Source: Rubrivivax sp. | Lineage (GTDB): Bacteria > Pseudomonadota > Gammaproteobacteria > Burkholderiales > Burkholderiaceae_C | Direction: 5' to 3' | Length of the DNA stretch: 64,000 bases | NCBI GenBank assembly: GCA_044226255.1 | Contig: JBGAHJ010000013.1 | Coordinates: 67,313-131,312, forward strand | Shown: piece after piece, positions 19,875-29,375 of the stretch | Layout of the letters: the number at the start of each line of letters is the position of its first letter | How positions within the stretch are numbered: position 1 is the stretch's first letter | Notes under the pieces: generated by a model | Databases searched by the model: none | Seen by the model: the letters and a program-made list of their open reading frames with translations, nothing else | What the model was told of the DNA's origin: nothing | Position numbers and translations under genes: made by a program

Positions 19875-21520
19875 GCGGCACGCCCGGGCTCTACGTGCCG
19901 GCGGCCGACGCGCGTGCGGCGGCCTCGCTGCTGCTGCTGCGCGACGGCGCGAACGGGCTGGAGGTGCTGATGCTGCGCCGCGCCGAACGCGACGGCGACC
20001 GGCGCAGCGGCGCCACCGTGTTCCCGGGCGGCGTGCTCGACGCGCGCGACCGCGCCGCGCACGCCCACTGCGTGGGCCCCGACGATGCCGCGTTCAGCCG
20101 CCGCCTCGGAGTGGCCGAAGGCGGACTGGACTACGCCATCGCCGCGCTGCGCGAGACCTTCGAGGAAGTGGGCCTGCTGCTGGCCGAGGGCGCGTTCGAT
20201 CTCGCGCCGCTGCAGGGCTGGCGCGAGCGCCTGCAGCAGGGCACCGCCGGCGCCGCCGAGTTCTGCGCAGCCAGCGGCCTGAAGTTCGATCTGCGCCAGC
20301 TGGCCTACTTCGCGCACTGGCTCACGCCGCCGGGCGCCGCCAAGCGCTTCGACACGCGCTTCTTCGCCGCCCCGGCGCCGGCCGGGCAGGTGGCCGTGGC
20401 CGACGGCGGCGAGACCGTGGAGCTGATGTGGCTGACGCCGCGCGACGCGCTGGATCCCGAGCGCAGGCTCAAGCTGCTGCCGGTGACCCGGCGCCTGCTG
20501 CAGCAGATGGCCGGTTATGCCGACGTGGCGATCGCGATGGACACGCTGCGCCGCCTGGCCGAGGTGCCGCTGGTGATGCCGCGGCGCGGCCTCGGGCCGC
20601 GCGGCAACGAGGTGGTGGTGCTGCCGCACGAGCTGCCCTATGCCGAGATCGGCCGGCTGGACCCGGGCGGCCGGGGCGACGTGCACGCGGACCTGCTGCC
20701 CGGCCGCGCCGTGCGGCTGTCGCCGCGCATCGTGCGCGTGACCGCGCCCAACCCCGGCCCGATGACCGGCCCGGGCACCAACAGCTACCTGGTCGGCGAC
20801 GGCCGGCGCTGCACGGTGATCGACCCCGGCCCGGTGAGCGACGAGCACCTGCAGGCGCTGCTGGCTGCGGCGCCGGGGCGCATCGAGCGCATCCTCGTCA
20901 CGCACACGCACCGCGACCATTCGCCCGGTGCCGCCGCGCTGGCCGCCGCCACCGGCGCGCCGGTGTGGGGCCGGCTGGCCGCGCACCCGATGTGGCAGGA
21001 CGAGAGCTTCGCGCCCGACCACCAGCCGGCGCACGGCGACCGGATAGCTGCGGGCGACGGCGCCACGCTGCGCGTGATCCACACACCCGGCCACGCCAGC
21101 AACCACCTGTGCTTCCTGCTCGAGGAAGAGCAGCTGCTCTTCACCGGCGACCACGTGATGCAGGGTTCCACCGTCGTGATCAACCCGCCCGACGGCGACA
21201 TGGCGGTCTACCTGCGCAGCCTGAACGCGCTGCTCGACGAGCCGCTGCAGTGGTTCGCACCCGGCCACGGCTTCCTGGTGGCCGATCCGCACGGCGTGCT
21301 GCGTGCGTTGGTCGCGCACCGGCTGCGCCGCGAGGCCAGGGTGCTGGCCGCCGTGCGCAGCGCCGGGCCGGCGGACGTGACCACGCTGGTGCCGGTGGCC
21401 TACGAAGAGGTGTCGGCTGCGCTGCACGGCGTGGCCGCGCGTTCGCTGCTGGCCCACCTGCTGAAGCTGGAAGCCGAGGGCGCGGTGCGCCGCGCCGGAG
21501 AGACCTGGTCAGCCGCCTGA
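19871..21520 (+). CDS. NUDIX + metallo-beta-lactamase (LACTB2-like) fusion hydrolase
   Basis: GTG start; FPGGVLD...[10 protein letters not shown]; [10 protein letters not shown]; HTPGHASNH; FTGDHVM. Confidence 0.85.
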   Translation: MSGTPGLYVPAADARAAASLLLLRDGANGLEVLMLRRAERDGDRRSGATVFPGGVLDARDRAAHAHCVGPDDAAFSRRLGVAEGGLDYAIAALRETFEEVGLLLAEGAFDLAPLQGWRERLQQGTAGAAEFCAASGLKFDLRQLAYFAHWLTPPGAAKRFDTRFFAAPAPAGQVAVADGGETVELMWLTPRDALDPERRLKLLPVTRRLLQQMAGYADVAIAMDTLRRLAEVPLVMPRRGLGPRGNEVVVLPHELPYAEIGRLDPGGRGDVHADLLPGRAVRLSPRIVRVTAPNPGPMTGPGTNSYLVGDGRRCTVIDPGPVSDEHLQALLAAAPGRIERILVTHTHRDHSPGAAALAAATGAPVWGRLAAHPMWQDESFAPDHQPAHGDRIAAGDGATLRVIHTPGHASNHLCFLLEEEQLLFTGDHVMQGSTVVINPPDGDMAVYLRSLNALLDEPLQWFAPGHGFLVADPHGVLRALVAHRLRREARVLAAVRSAGPADVTTLVPVAYEEVSAALHGVAARSLLAHLLKLEAEGAVRRAGETWSAA

Positions 21521-22270
21521 GGCGGAGGCTTCGGGCGCGGCGTCCTGCCAGCGCCCGTCCACCAGCAGCTGGTGCGGCCGGAACTGCGCCTTGTAGGCCA
21601 TCTTCGGGCTCTGCTGGATCCAGTAGCCGAGATACACGTGCGGCAGCTTCAGCAGCCTGGTCTGCTCGATCTGCCACAGCACGCTGTAGGTGCCGTAGCT
21701 GGTGTCGGGCTCGGGTTCGTAGAAGGTGTAGACGGCCGAGATGCCGTCGGACAGCACGTCCAGGATGGACACCATCTTGAGGGCACCGGTCTCGCCTTCG
21801 GGCGCCGGCGCACGGAACTCCACCAGGCGCGAGTTCACGCGGCTCTGCAGCAGGAACTGCGTGTACTGGTCGACGCTGTCGTGGTCCATGCCGCCGCCGC
21901 TGTGGCGGCCGCTCTGGTAGCGCAGGTAGAGCTGGTAGTGCTCGGGCACGAAGCCCAGGCGCAGCACGCGCGCCTTCAGGTCGGCGTGGGCCTTGTGCGC
22001 GCGGCGCTGGCTGCGCGACGGCTTGAAGCCCGCCACCGGAATGCGCAGCGGCACGCAGGCGCGGCAGCCGTCGCAATAGGGCCGGTAGGTGAACATGCCG
22101 CTGCGGCGGAAGCCGCTGGCGACCAGGCCCGAGTAGGTGTCGGCGTGGATCAGATGGCTGGGCGTGGCCACCTGCGAGCGCGCCTGCCGGCCGGGCAGGT
22201 AGCTGCACGGATAGGGCGCCGTTGCATAGAACTGCAACGAGCGCAGCGGCAATTCTTTCGGGTGCGTCAC
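21509..22270 (-). CDS. ate: Arginyl/aspartate-glutamate leucyl tRNA-protein transferase (ATE/Bpt)
   Basis: [40 protein letters not shown]...KMAYK. Confidence 0.95.
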   Translation of the reverse strand: MTHPKELPLRSLQFYATAPYPCSYLPGRQARSQVATPSHLIHADTYSGLVASGFRRSGMFTYRPYCDGCRACVPLRIPVAGFKPSRSQRRAHKAHADLKARVLRLGFVPEHYQLYLRYQSGRHSGGGMDHDSVDQYTQFLLQSRVNSRLVEFRAPAPEGETGALKMVSILDVLSDGISAVYTFYEPEPDTSYGTYSVLWQIEQTRLLKLPHVYLGYWIQQSPKMAYKAQFRPHQLLVDGRWQDAAPEASASGG

Positions 22271-23031
22271 GCGGCGGGTTCGGCAGGCTCTGCGGTCAGC
22301 CCGGGCGCCAGCTGCGCCCAGGCCGCTTCATCATAGGTCCATTGTGCGGGCTCGGCAGCCCGTGTGGCCTCGTCGACATGCCGGAGAAAGTCGCGCCGGG
22401 CGATCTCGCGCGCGCCGAAGCTGGCCAGGTGGCCGGTGTTCTGCTGGCAGTCGATCATCGCCACCCCGCGCGCCCGGGCGGCGGCCACGAACGCGGCCAG
22501 CGCGATCTTGGACGCGTCGGTGCGGTGCGCGAACATCGATTCGCCGAAGCACATGCGGCCGATGGCCACGAAGTACAGCCCGCCGGCCAGCTCGCCGTCG
22601 ACCCAGGTCTCCACGCTGTGCACGCGGCCGGCGCGGTGCCAGGCGGCGTAGGCGCGCTGCATCGCCGGCACGATCCAGGTGCCGTCCTGCCCCTCGCGCG
22701 GCGTGCTGGCGCAGGCCTGGATGACGCGCTCGAAGGCATGGTCGAAGCGGATCTCGCAGCCGGGCGCGCGCAGGAAGCGGCGCAGCGTCTTCCTCAGCGT
22801 GTGCGAGAGGTGGAACTCGGCGGTGTGCAGCACCATGCGCGGGTCGGGGCTCCACCACAGCACCGGCTGGCCTTCGCTGTACCAGGGGAAGATGCCGTGG
22901 CGGTAGGCCTCGTCGAGCCGCGGCACCGTGACGCGGCCACCGGCGGCCACCAGCCCGGGCAGCTCGGTGTCGGCGCCCAAGGCCGCGTCGGCCGAGGGCA
23001 GGGGCGTGCCGTCGTCGATCCAGTGCAGCAC
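22267..23031 (-). CDS. aat: Leucyl/phenylalanyl-tRNA-protein transferase
   Basis: [23 protein letters not shown]...[22 protein letters not shown]. Confidence 0.95.
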   Translation of the reverse strand: MLHWIDDGTPLPSADAALGADTELPGLVAAGGRVTVPRLDEAYRHGIFPWYSEGQPVLWWSPDPRMVLHTAEFHLSHTLRKTLRRFLRAPGCEIRFDHAFERVIQACASTPREGQDGTWIVPAMQRAYAAWHRAGRVHSVETWVDGELAGGLYFVAIGRMCFGESMFAHRTDASKIALAAFVAAARARGVAMIDCQQNTGHLASFGAREIARRDFLRHVDEATRAAEPAQWTYDEAAWAQLAPGLTAEPAEPAA

Positions 23032-23047
23032 GCGGCCCCCGCGGGCT

Positions 23048-25171
23048 CTACTTCCCGCCCAGCTGCTGCCAGAGGAAGGTGTACTCGAGCGCCATCATCT
23101 GCGCCTTCTGGCCGTTGTCGGCCGCGCCGCCGTGGCCGCCCTCGATGTTCTCCCAGTACAGCAGCGGGTGGCCCTGTTCCATCATGCGCGCCGCCATCTT
23201 GCGCGCGTGGCCGGGATGCACGCGGTCGTCGCGGGTGCTGGTGGTGAACAGCACTCTGGGCATCTTCACGCCCTTCTTCACGTTCTGGTAGGGGCTGTAC
23301 TTCGAGATCCAGGCCCACTCCTCGGGCTTGTCGGGGTCGCCGTACTCGGCCATCCAGGAAGCCCCGGCCAGCAGCTTGTGGTAACGCTGCATGTCCAAGA
23401 GCGGCACCTGGCAGACCACCGCGTTGAAGAGCTCGGGCCGCTGCACCATCACCGCGCCCACCAGCAGGCCGCCGTTGCTGCCGCCCTGGATGCCCAGGTG
23501 CTTCGGGCTCGTCACCTTCTTCGCGATCAGGTCCTCGGCCACCGCGGCGAAGTCGTCGTAGCTCTTCTGCTTGTTGGCCTTGATGGCCGCCTGGTGCCAG
23601 GCCGGGCCGAATTCGCCGCCGCCGCGCAGGTTGGTGTAGACGAAGACACCGCCACGCGAGGTCCAGGCGCGGCCCACGCCGCCGGAATAGAACGGCGTCA
23701 TCGACACCTCGAAGCCGCCGTAGCCGTACAGCAGCGTCGGGTTGCTGCCGTCCTCCTTAGCGCCCTTGGGCCAGAGGATGAAGTACGGGATCTTCGCGCC
23801 GTCCTTGCTGGTGGCGAAGCGCTGCTCGGCGCGCATGCCGCTGGCGTCGTAGAAGCTGGGGCGCGACTTCAGCACCTCCAGCCCGTCCTTGCCGGCGGTG
23901 CCCAGCTGCAGCGTGTCGGGCTTGAGGAAGTCGCTGGCGTTGAGCCAGTAGGCCTCGGCCAGAGCGTCGTCCTTCAGCTGCGGGTCGTGCAGGCCGGTCA
24001 CGGCCAGGCTGCCGGGGTAGGGCGCCTGCACGTCGCGGCGCGTCCAGCGGCCGCCGGCCTCGTTCCATTCCTCGAGCCGGCTGGCCACGTTGTCCAGCAC
24101 GTTGACGAGCACGCGCGTCTTCGTGGTGGTGAAGCCAGCCAGCGAGCGCGTGGCGGTGGGCGTGAACAGCGCGGTCAGCCGGCGGTCGCCCTTCAGGTAG
24201 GCCGCCGCGTCGGCCACCAGCAGCGAGCCGCGCGGGAAGCGCTGGCCGCCGACGGCCCAGTCGCTGCGCAGCTCCACGAAGAGGTGCGGGCCCGAGAAGG
24301 CGAAGCTGGCGTCCAGCGGCTTGTCCACCGGCACCAGGCGCTCGCCCTGCAGCAGCGCCATCTCGCTGGAATAGAAGTCGGGCGAACGGCCGAACAGCAC
24401 GCGCTCGTGTCCCGGCGTGTGGTCCACCACCACCCAGGCGTACATGTCTTCCTTGCGGCCTTCGTAGACCGTCCTGGCCTGCGCCAGCGGCGTGCCGCGC
24501 TTCCACTCCTTCACGACTCGCGGGTAGCCGGAGTCGGTGAGCGTGCCGGGGCCGAAGTCGGTGGCGACGTAGATGCGGTTCTCATCGGCCCATTCGAGCG
24601 CCATCGTCTTGGCCTCGGGCAGCGTGAAGCCGCCGTCGACGAAGCGCCTGGTGACGGTGTCGAACTCGCGCACCACGTTGGCGTCGGCGCCGCCGCGCGA
24701 CAGCTGCACCAGGCAGCGCCGGTACTCGGGCCCGAAGCAGGTGGCGCCGGCCCAGACCCAGTTCTCACCCTCGGCCTTGCCCAGGGCGTCGATGTCGAGC
24801 ACGGTCTCCCACGCGGGCTGCGGCTTGCGGTACTCGGCCAGCGTGGTGCGCCGCCACAGGCCGCGCGGGTTGCTGGCGTCCTTCCACAGGTTGTAGAGCT
24901 GGTTGCCCAGGCGCTTGACGTAGGGGATCTGCTCGCGGCTGTCCAGCACCTCGCGCAGGCTGGCCTTCAGCTGCGCGAAGCCGGGCGCGGCCTGCAGCGT
25001 GCCTTCGCTCTCGGCGTTGCGCGCGCGCACCCAGGCGAGCGAGCGTTCGCCGGTGACGTCCTCGAGCCACTGGTAGGGGTCGGCAGGTGTTTGTGACATG
25101 GCGGCGGTAGGCAGGTTCAGGGTGGCCGCTGCGCACAACGCGAGGGCCAGGCTGCGGGTGAGGCGGTTCAT
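23048..25171 (-). CDS. Secreted prolyl oligopeptidase (S9A), copy 1
   Basis: Signal peptide; DPYQWLED; GIQGGSNGGLL (Ser); TRDDRVHP (Asp); EGGHGG (His). Confidence 0.95.
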   Translation of the reverse strand: MNRLTRSLALALCAAATLNLPTAAMSQTPADPYQWLEDVTGERSLAWVRARNAESEGTLQAAPGFAQLKASLREVLDSREQIPYVKRLGNQLYNLWKDASNPRGLWRRTTLAEYRKPQPAWETVLDIDALGKAEGENWVWAGATCFGPEYRRCLVQLSRGGADANVVREFDTVTRRFVDGGFTLPEAKTMALEWADENRIYVATDFGPGTLTDSGYPRVVKEWKRGTPLAQARTVYEGRKEDMYAWVVVDHTPGHERVLFGRSPDFYSSEMALLQGERLVPVDKPLDASFAFSGPHLFVELRSDWAVGGQRFPRGSLLVADAAAYLKGDRRLTALFTPTATRSLAGFTTTKTRVLVNVLDNVASRLEEWNEAGGRWTRRDVQAPYPGSLAVTGLHDPQLKDDALAEAYWLNASDFLKPDTLQLGTAGKDGLEVLKSRPSFYDASGMRAEQRFATSKDGAKIPYFILWPKGAKEDGSNPTLLYGYGGFEVSMTPFYSGGVGRAWTSRGGVFVYTNLRGGGEFGPAWHQAAIKANKQKSYDDFAAVAEDLIAKKVTSPKHLGIQGGSNGGLLVGAVMVQRPELFNAVVCQVPLLDMQRYHKLLAGASWMAEYGDPDKPEEWAWISKYSPYQNVKKGVKMPRVLFTTSTRDDRVHPGHARKMAARMMEQGHPLLYWENIEGGHGGAADNGQKAQMMALEYTFLWQQLGGK

Positions 25172-25188
25172 CCGGGTGGGCATGGTCG

Positions 25189-27294
25189 TCAGGGCCTGGC
25201 CGGCGCCACGCCGAGCGCCTGCCACAGGAACGCGTACTCCAGCGCGCTCTTGCGCGCGCGCTGGCTGCTGTCGGCGGCACCGGCGTGGCCGCCCTCGATG
25301 TTCTCCCAGTACAGCACGCGGTGGCCCTGCTCGATCATGCGGGCGGCCATCTTGCGCGCGTGGCCGGGGTGCACGCGGTCGTCGCGCGTGCTGGTGGTGA
25401 AGAGGACCTGCGGCATGCGGGCGTCCTTCTTCACGTTCTGGTAGGGGCTGTACTTCGAGATCCAGGCCCACTCCTCGGGCTTGTCCGGGTCGCCGTACTC
25501 GGCCATCCACGATGCGCCGGCCAGCAGCTTGTGATAACGCTGCATGTCCAGCAGCGGCACCTGGCAGACCACGGCGCCGAAGAGGTCGGGGCGCTGCACC
25601 ATCACCGCGCCCACCAGCAGGCCGCCGTTGCTGCCGCCCTGGATGCCCAGGCGCTTCGGGCTGGTGACTTTCCTCGCGATCAGGTCCTCGGCCACCGCGA
25701 TGAAGTCGTCGTAGCTTTTCTGCTTGTTGGCCTTCATCGCCGCCTGGTGCCAGGCCGGGCCGAACTCGCCGCCGCCGCGGATGTTGGCGACGACGAAGAC
25801 GCCGCCGCGCGTCAGCCAGCCCAGGCCGCGCTCGGGCGAGTAGGCCGGCCGGCTGGACAGCTGGAAGCCGCCGTAGCCGTTGAGCAGCGTCGGGTTGTTG
25901 CCGTCGGCCTTCGCGCCGGCGGGCCAGACCACGAAGTAGGGCACCGCGGTGCCGTCGGCCGAGCGCGCGAAGAACTGCTCCACGCGCATGCCGGCGGCGT
26001 CGTAGAAGCCGGGCCGCGACTTGAGCAGCTCGCGCTGGTCGCTGCCCACGCGGGCCAGCTCCAGGCGGTCGGGCTGCAGGAAGTTGGCGATGTTGAGCAG
26101 GTAGCTGTCGGCCAGCGCATCACCCTTTTGCGTCGGGTCGTGCAGCGTGCTGGCGCTCAGCGTGCCGGGGAAGGGCGCGTCGACCTCGCGCCGCTGCCAG
26201 CGGCCGTCGGCCTGGCGCCATTCCTCCAGGCGGCTGGCGACGTTGTCCGACACCGTCAGCAGCACCGCGCCGGCGGTGGTGGTGAAGCTCGTCAGCGAAC
26301 GCGTGGCGCTGGGGGTGAACAGCGCGGTAAAGCTGCGCTCGCCGCGCAGCACCGCCGCGGCATCGCCCACCAGCAGCGAGCCGCGCGGCCAGGTGCGGCC
26401 GCCGACGCTCCAGTCGCCGCGCAGGCGCAGCAGCAGGCGTGGGCCGGCGAACTCGGCGATGGCATCGTCGGGCAGGTCCAGCGCCACCGGCTGATCGCCC
26501 TGCAGCACCGCGTAGCGCCGCGTGAAGAAACCGACCTGGCGCCCGAACAGCGTGTGTTCGAAGCCCGGCGTGCGGTCCACCTCCACGCCCACGCCCACGT
26601 CGGAGGCCTGGCCCTCGAACACGGTGACCGCGGCGGCCAGCGGCGTGCCGCGCGTCCAGCGCTTGATCTGGCGCGCGTAGCCCGAGCTGGTGAGCGTGCC
26701 CGGGCCGAAATCGGTGCCGACCCAGATGTGGTCGGCGTCGATCCACTCGACGAAGCTCTTGGCCTCGGGCAGCGCGAAGCCGCCGTCGACGAAGCGCTTG
26801 CTGGCGGCGTCGAACTCGCGCGTCACCACCGCGTCGGAACCGCCGCGCGACAGCCGCACCAGGCAGCGCCGGTACTCGGGTGCCAGGCAGTGCCACGACG
26901 ACCACACCCAGTTCACGCCCTCGGCCTTGCCCAAGGCGTCGATGTCCAGCACCGTTTCCCAGGCCGGCTGCGGCTTGCGGTATTCCGCCAGCGTGGTGCG
27001 GCGCCACAGGCCGCGCGGGTTGGCGGCGTCCTTCCAGTGGTTGTAGAGGAACTCGCCCTGGCGCTTCACGTAGGGAATCTGCGCGCCCGAATCCAGCACC
27101 GCCTGCATGCGGCCGCGCAGCGCGTCGAAGCCGGGCGTGGCGGCGAGCTGCTTCTCGCTGTCGGCATTGCGTTCGCGCACCCAGGCCAGCGCGCGTTCGC
27201 CGGTCACGTCTTCCAGCCACAGGTAGGGGTCGGTCTGGGCCTGGGCCAGGCTGGCCAGGGCCAGCAGCGCGGCGGGGAACAGCTTGCGGATCAT
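25189..27294 (-). CDS. Secreted prolyl oligopeptidase (S9A), copy 2
   Basis: Signal MIRKLFPAALLALASLAQA; DPYLWLED; GGSNGGLL; DDRVHP; EGGHAG. Confidence 0.95.
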   Translation of the reverse strand: MIRKLFPAALLALASLAQAQTDPYLWLEDVTGERALAWVRERNADSEKQLAATPGFDALRGRMQAVLDSGAQIPYVKRQGEFLYNHWKDAANPRGLWRRTTLAEYRKPQPAWETVLDIDALGKAEGVNWVWSSWHCLAPEYRRCLVRLSRGGSDAVVTREFDAASKRFVDGGFALPEAKSFVEWIDADHIWVGTDFGPGTLTSSGYARQIKRWTRGTPLAAAVTVFEGQASDVGVGVEVDRTPGFEHTLFGRQVGFFTRRYAVLQGDQPVALDLPDDAIAEFAGPRLLLRLRGDWSVGGRTWPRGSLLVGDAAAVLRGERSFTALFTPSATRSLTSFTTTAGAVLLTVSDNVASRLEEWRQADGRWQRREVDAPFPGTLSASTLHDPTQKGDALADSYLLNIANFLQPDRLELARVGSDQRELLKSRPGFYDAAGMRVEQFFARSADGTAVPYFVVWPAGAKADGNNPTLLNGYGGFQLSSRPAYSPERGLGWLTRGGVFVVANIRGGGEFGPAWHQAAMKANKQKSYDDFIAVAEDLIARKVTSPKRLGIQGGSNGGLLVGAVMVQRPDLFGAVVCQVPLLDMQRYHKLLAGASWMAEYGDPDKPEEWAWISKYSPYQNVKKDARMPQVLFTTSTRDDRVHPGHARKMAARMIEQGHRVLYWENIEGGHAGAADSSQRARKSALEYAFLWQALGVAPARP

Positions 27295-27851
27295 GCGGCG
27301 GGTGCTTTCAACGCGATGGGATGGATCTCGATGCTGCGGCTGGCGTCGCCGACCCAGATCTGGCCGTCCTGCACGGTGATCTGCAGCTGCATCGACCGTT
27401 GCGCCAGGCTCGCCAGCTCCTGGCTCTGGGCGGCCGGAATCTGCCAGACCGCGAGGTTCGACACCCGCGCCAGCTTGCCTTCGATGCCGGCCCACCAGAT
27501 GGGCGTGGACGAGGCGTAGGCGTAGATCGAGACACGGCCGGCGCGGCCGCAGGCGCGGATCAGCCGGCGGTCGTCGGGCTGCCCCACCTCGATCCAGTGG
27601 CGCAGCTCGCCCGACAGGCTCGATTGCCAGAGGTCGGGCTCGTCGCTGTCCGACAGGCCGCGCGCAAAGACGAGCGCGCCGTCGTGGTCGTCCTCGGGCA
27701 CCTGCAGCGCGAAGGCCAGCAGCCGCACCATCAGGCGCTCGTCGGTCTCGGACGGGTGGCGCGCCAGGGTCAGCGCATGCGTGGCGTACAGCGAGCGGTC
27801 CATGTCGGCGATCTGGACCGTCGCCTTGTAGACCGTGGATTTGAGGGCCAT
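27291..27851 (-). CDS. yaeQ: YaeQ-family protein
   Basis: MALKSTVYKA..QIADMDR, RHPSETDERLMVRLLAFAL, WIEVGQPD. Confidence 0.9.
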   Translation of the reverse strand: MALKSTVYKATVQIADMDRSLYATHALTLARHPSETDERLMVRLLAFALQVPEDDHDGALVFARGLSDSDEPDLWQSSLSGELRHWIEVGQPDDRRLIRACGRAGRVSIYAYASSTPIWWAGIEGKLARVSNLAVWQIPAAQSQELASLAQRSMQLQITVQDGQIWVGDASRSIEIHPIALKAPAA

Positions 27852-27926
27852 CGGCGGCAGGGCCCGCGCGAAGCTGCGCGGTGGGGCAAAGCCCGGCACT
27901 GTGCCACAGCGCCGGGGCGCGCGGCC

Positions 27927-28457
27927 TCAGGTCTTTTCCGCCAGCGCCTTCAGGTTCGCGAGGCCGGCGTCGAAGTCCTTGCCGACCATGCCGTCCATCA
28001 TCAGGGCCATCCAGCGCATCAGCGGGTTGCGGCCCATGTCGCCGTTCATCGTCCAGGTGACGCGCGTGCCACTGCCTTCGGGCGCCAGCAGCAGCTCGCC
28101 CGTGGAGGTGGTGCCGAAGTCGGGGAAGAAGAGCTCGAAGGCGGCGCGTCGGCCGGGCTCGGCGGCCGTGAAGGTCATGCGGCCGTCGCCCTGGCTCTTG
28201 CTCTTCCACTCCCACACCGCGCCCGCGCCGCTGGCCGGGCCCGAGTAGGTGATGGACATCGCCGGGTCGCGCTGGTTCCACACCGACCAGTCCTTCCAGC
28301 GCCGCGGCTCGGACACCAGCGGATAGATGCGCTCGGCCGGTGCCGCCACCAGCGCGCTGCGGCTGACCTTGAAGGTGCCCGGCAGCAGCATGCCGCCCAC
28401 CGCCAGCAGCGCCACCAGGCCCAGCACGCCACCCACGGCCCACTTGAGAAACTTCAT
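27927..28457 (-). CDS. SRPBCC (START-like) family protein
   Basis: N-terminal TM helix; WKDWSVW..RDP; TRVTW; GKDFDAGLANLK. Confidence 0.85.
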   Translation of the reverse strand: MKFLKWAVGGVLGLVALLAVGGMLLPGTFKVSRSALVAAPAERIYPLVSEPRRWKDWSVWNQRDPAMSITYSGPASGAGAVWEWKSKSQGDGRMTFTAAEPGRRAAFELFFPDFGTTSTGELLLAPEGSGTRVTWTMNGDMGRNPLMRWMALMMDGMVGKDFDAGLANLKALAEKT

Positions 28458-28580
28458 CGCAAGACCCCTCCGGCTGCTACGGGAAAGCCGGCAGTGTGGC
28501 GTGCCCGGAAGGGTGGGGCAAGGGTGGCATCATCGGTGTTTTGCCGGCTGGGCCGGCCGACTCCTTTCCGAGGTTCGACG

Positions 28581-29375
28581 ATGAAGGTCCGACAAGTCCT
28601 GCTGGCCAGCCTGATGGCGGCCCTGGCCGCCTCCGGCGCGCTGGCGCAGACCACCACGCCGGCGAAGCCGGCCGCCAAGCCCACGGCCAAGCCCGCCGCC
28701 CCGGCTGCCACCCCCGCCGCGAAGCCGGCCGCCAAGCCCGCCGGCAACGACGGCAAGACGCTGTCGCTGCAGGGCGGCGAAGGCAGCGCCGCGTCGGCCA
28801 CCAAGCCCATCCTCACGCGCGACGAGCTGCGTGAATGCCTCAAGCGCGAGGAATCGGTGCGCACGCGTTTCGCCGAGGTCGACGCCAAGCGCAAGCCGCT
28901 GGACGACGAGAAGGCGCTGATCGCCGAGGACAAGACCAAGCTGCAGGCCGAGCGCGCGCCGCTGGAGGAGATCAAGAAGCAGGCCGACGCCTTCAGCCAG
29001 CGCATGAAGGACTACGGCGACCGCGTCGAGGCCTGGAACAAGAAGGCCGCCGACCTGGCCGCCAGCAAGCGCAACGACGCCGGCATGGAGCGCCAGAAGA
29101 GCCTCGTCAACAAGGAGCGCGAGGACCTCGAGAAGGAGCAGAAGGAGATCGAGGCCGAGCGCGTGCGCATCAACGCCGCCAACGAGGCTGCGATCGCCAC
29201 CTACAACGCCAAGGTCGGGGCCTTCGACGGTCGCGTCAGCGACTGGAACCAGCGCAACGCCGCCGTCAACGACGCCGCCAAGGCGCTGGAGCAGGAGCGG
29301 CTGAAGTGGATGTCGGACTGCGGTGACCGCCGCTACCGCGAGGACGACGAACTCGCCATCAAGCGCGGCAAGTGA
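28581..29375 (+). CDS. Secreted coiled-coil hypothetical protein with a P/A/K-rich linker
   Basis: Signal MKVRQVLLASLMAALAASGALA; PAKPAAKP repeats; LTRDELRECL...CGDRRYREDDE. Confidence 0.8.
   Translation: MKVRQVLLASLMAALAASGALAQTTTPAKPAAKPTAKPAAPAATPAAKPAAKPAGNDGKTLSLQGGEGSAASATKPILTRDELRECLKREESVRTRFAEVDAKRKPLDDEKALIAEDKTKLQAERAPLEEIKKQADAFSQRMKDYGDRVEAWNKKAADLAASKRNDAGMERQKSLVNKEREDLEKEQKEIEAERVRINAANEAAIATYNAKVGAFDGRVSDWNQRNAAVNDAAKALEQERLKWMSDCGDRRYREDDELAIKRGK

Noticed and set aside
21509-23031. aat next to ate as a novel peptide-modifying pair
   Set aside because: Standard N-degron pathway arrangement in betaproteobacteria.
28643-28745. PAKPAAKP repeat as a second precursor-like repeat
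   Set aside because: Short low-complexity linker right after a signal peptide, common in periplasmic proteins; no modifying enzymes adjacent.
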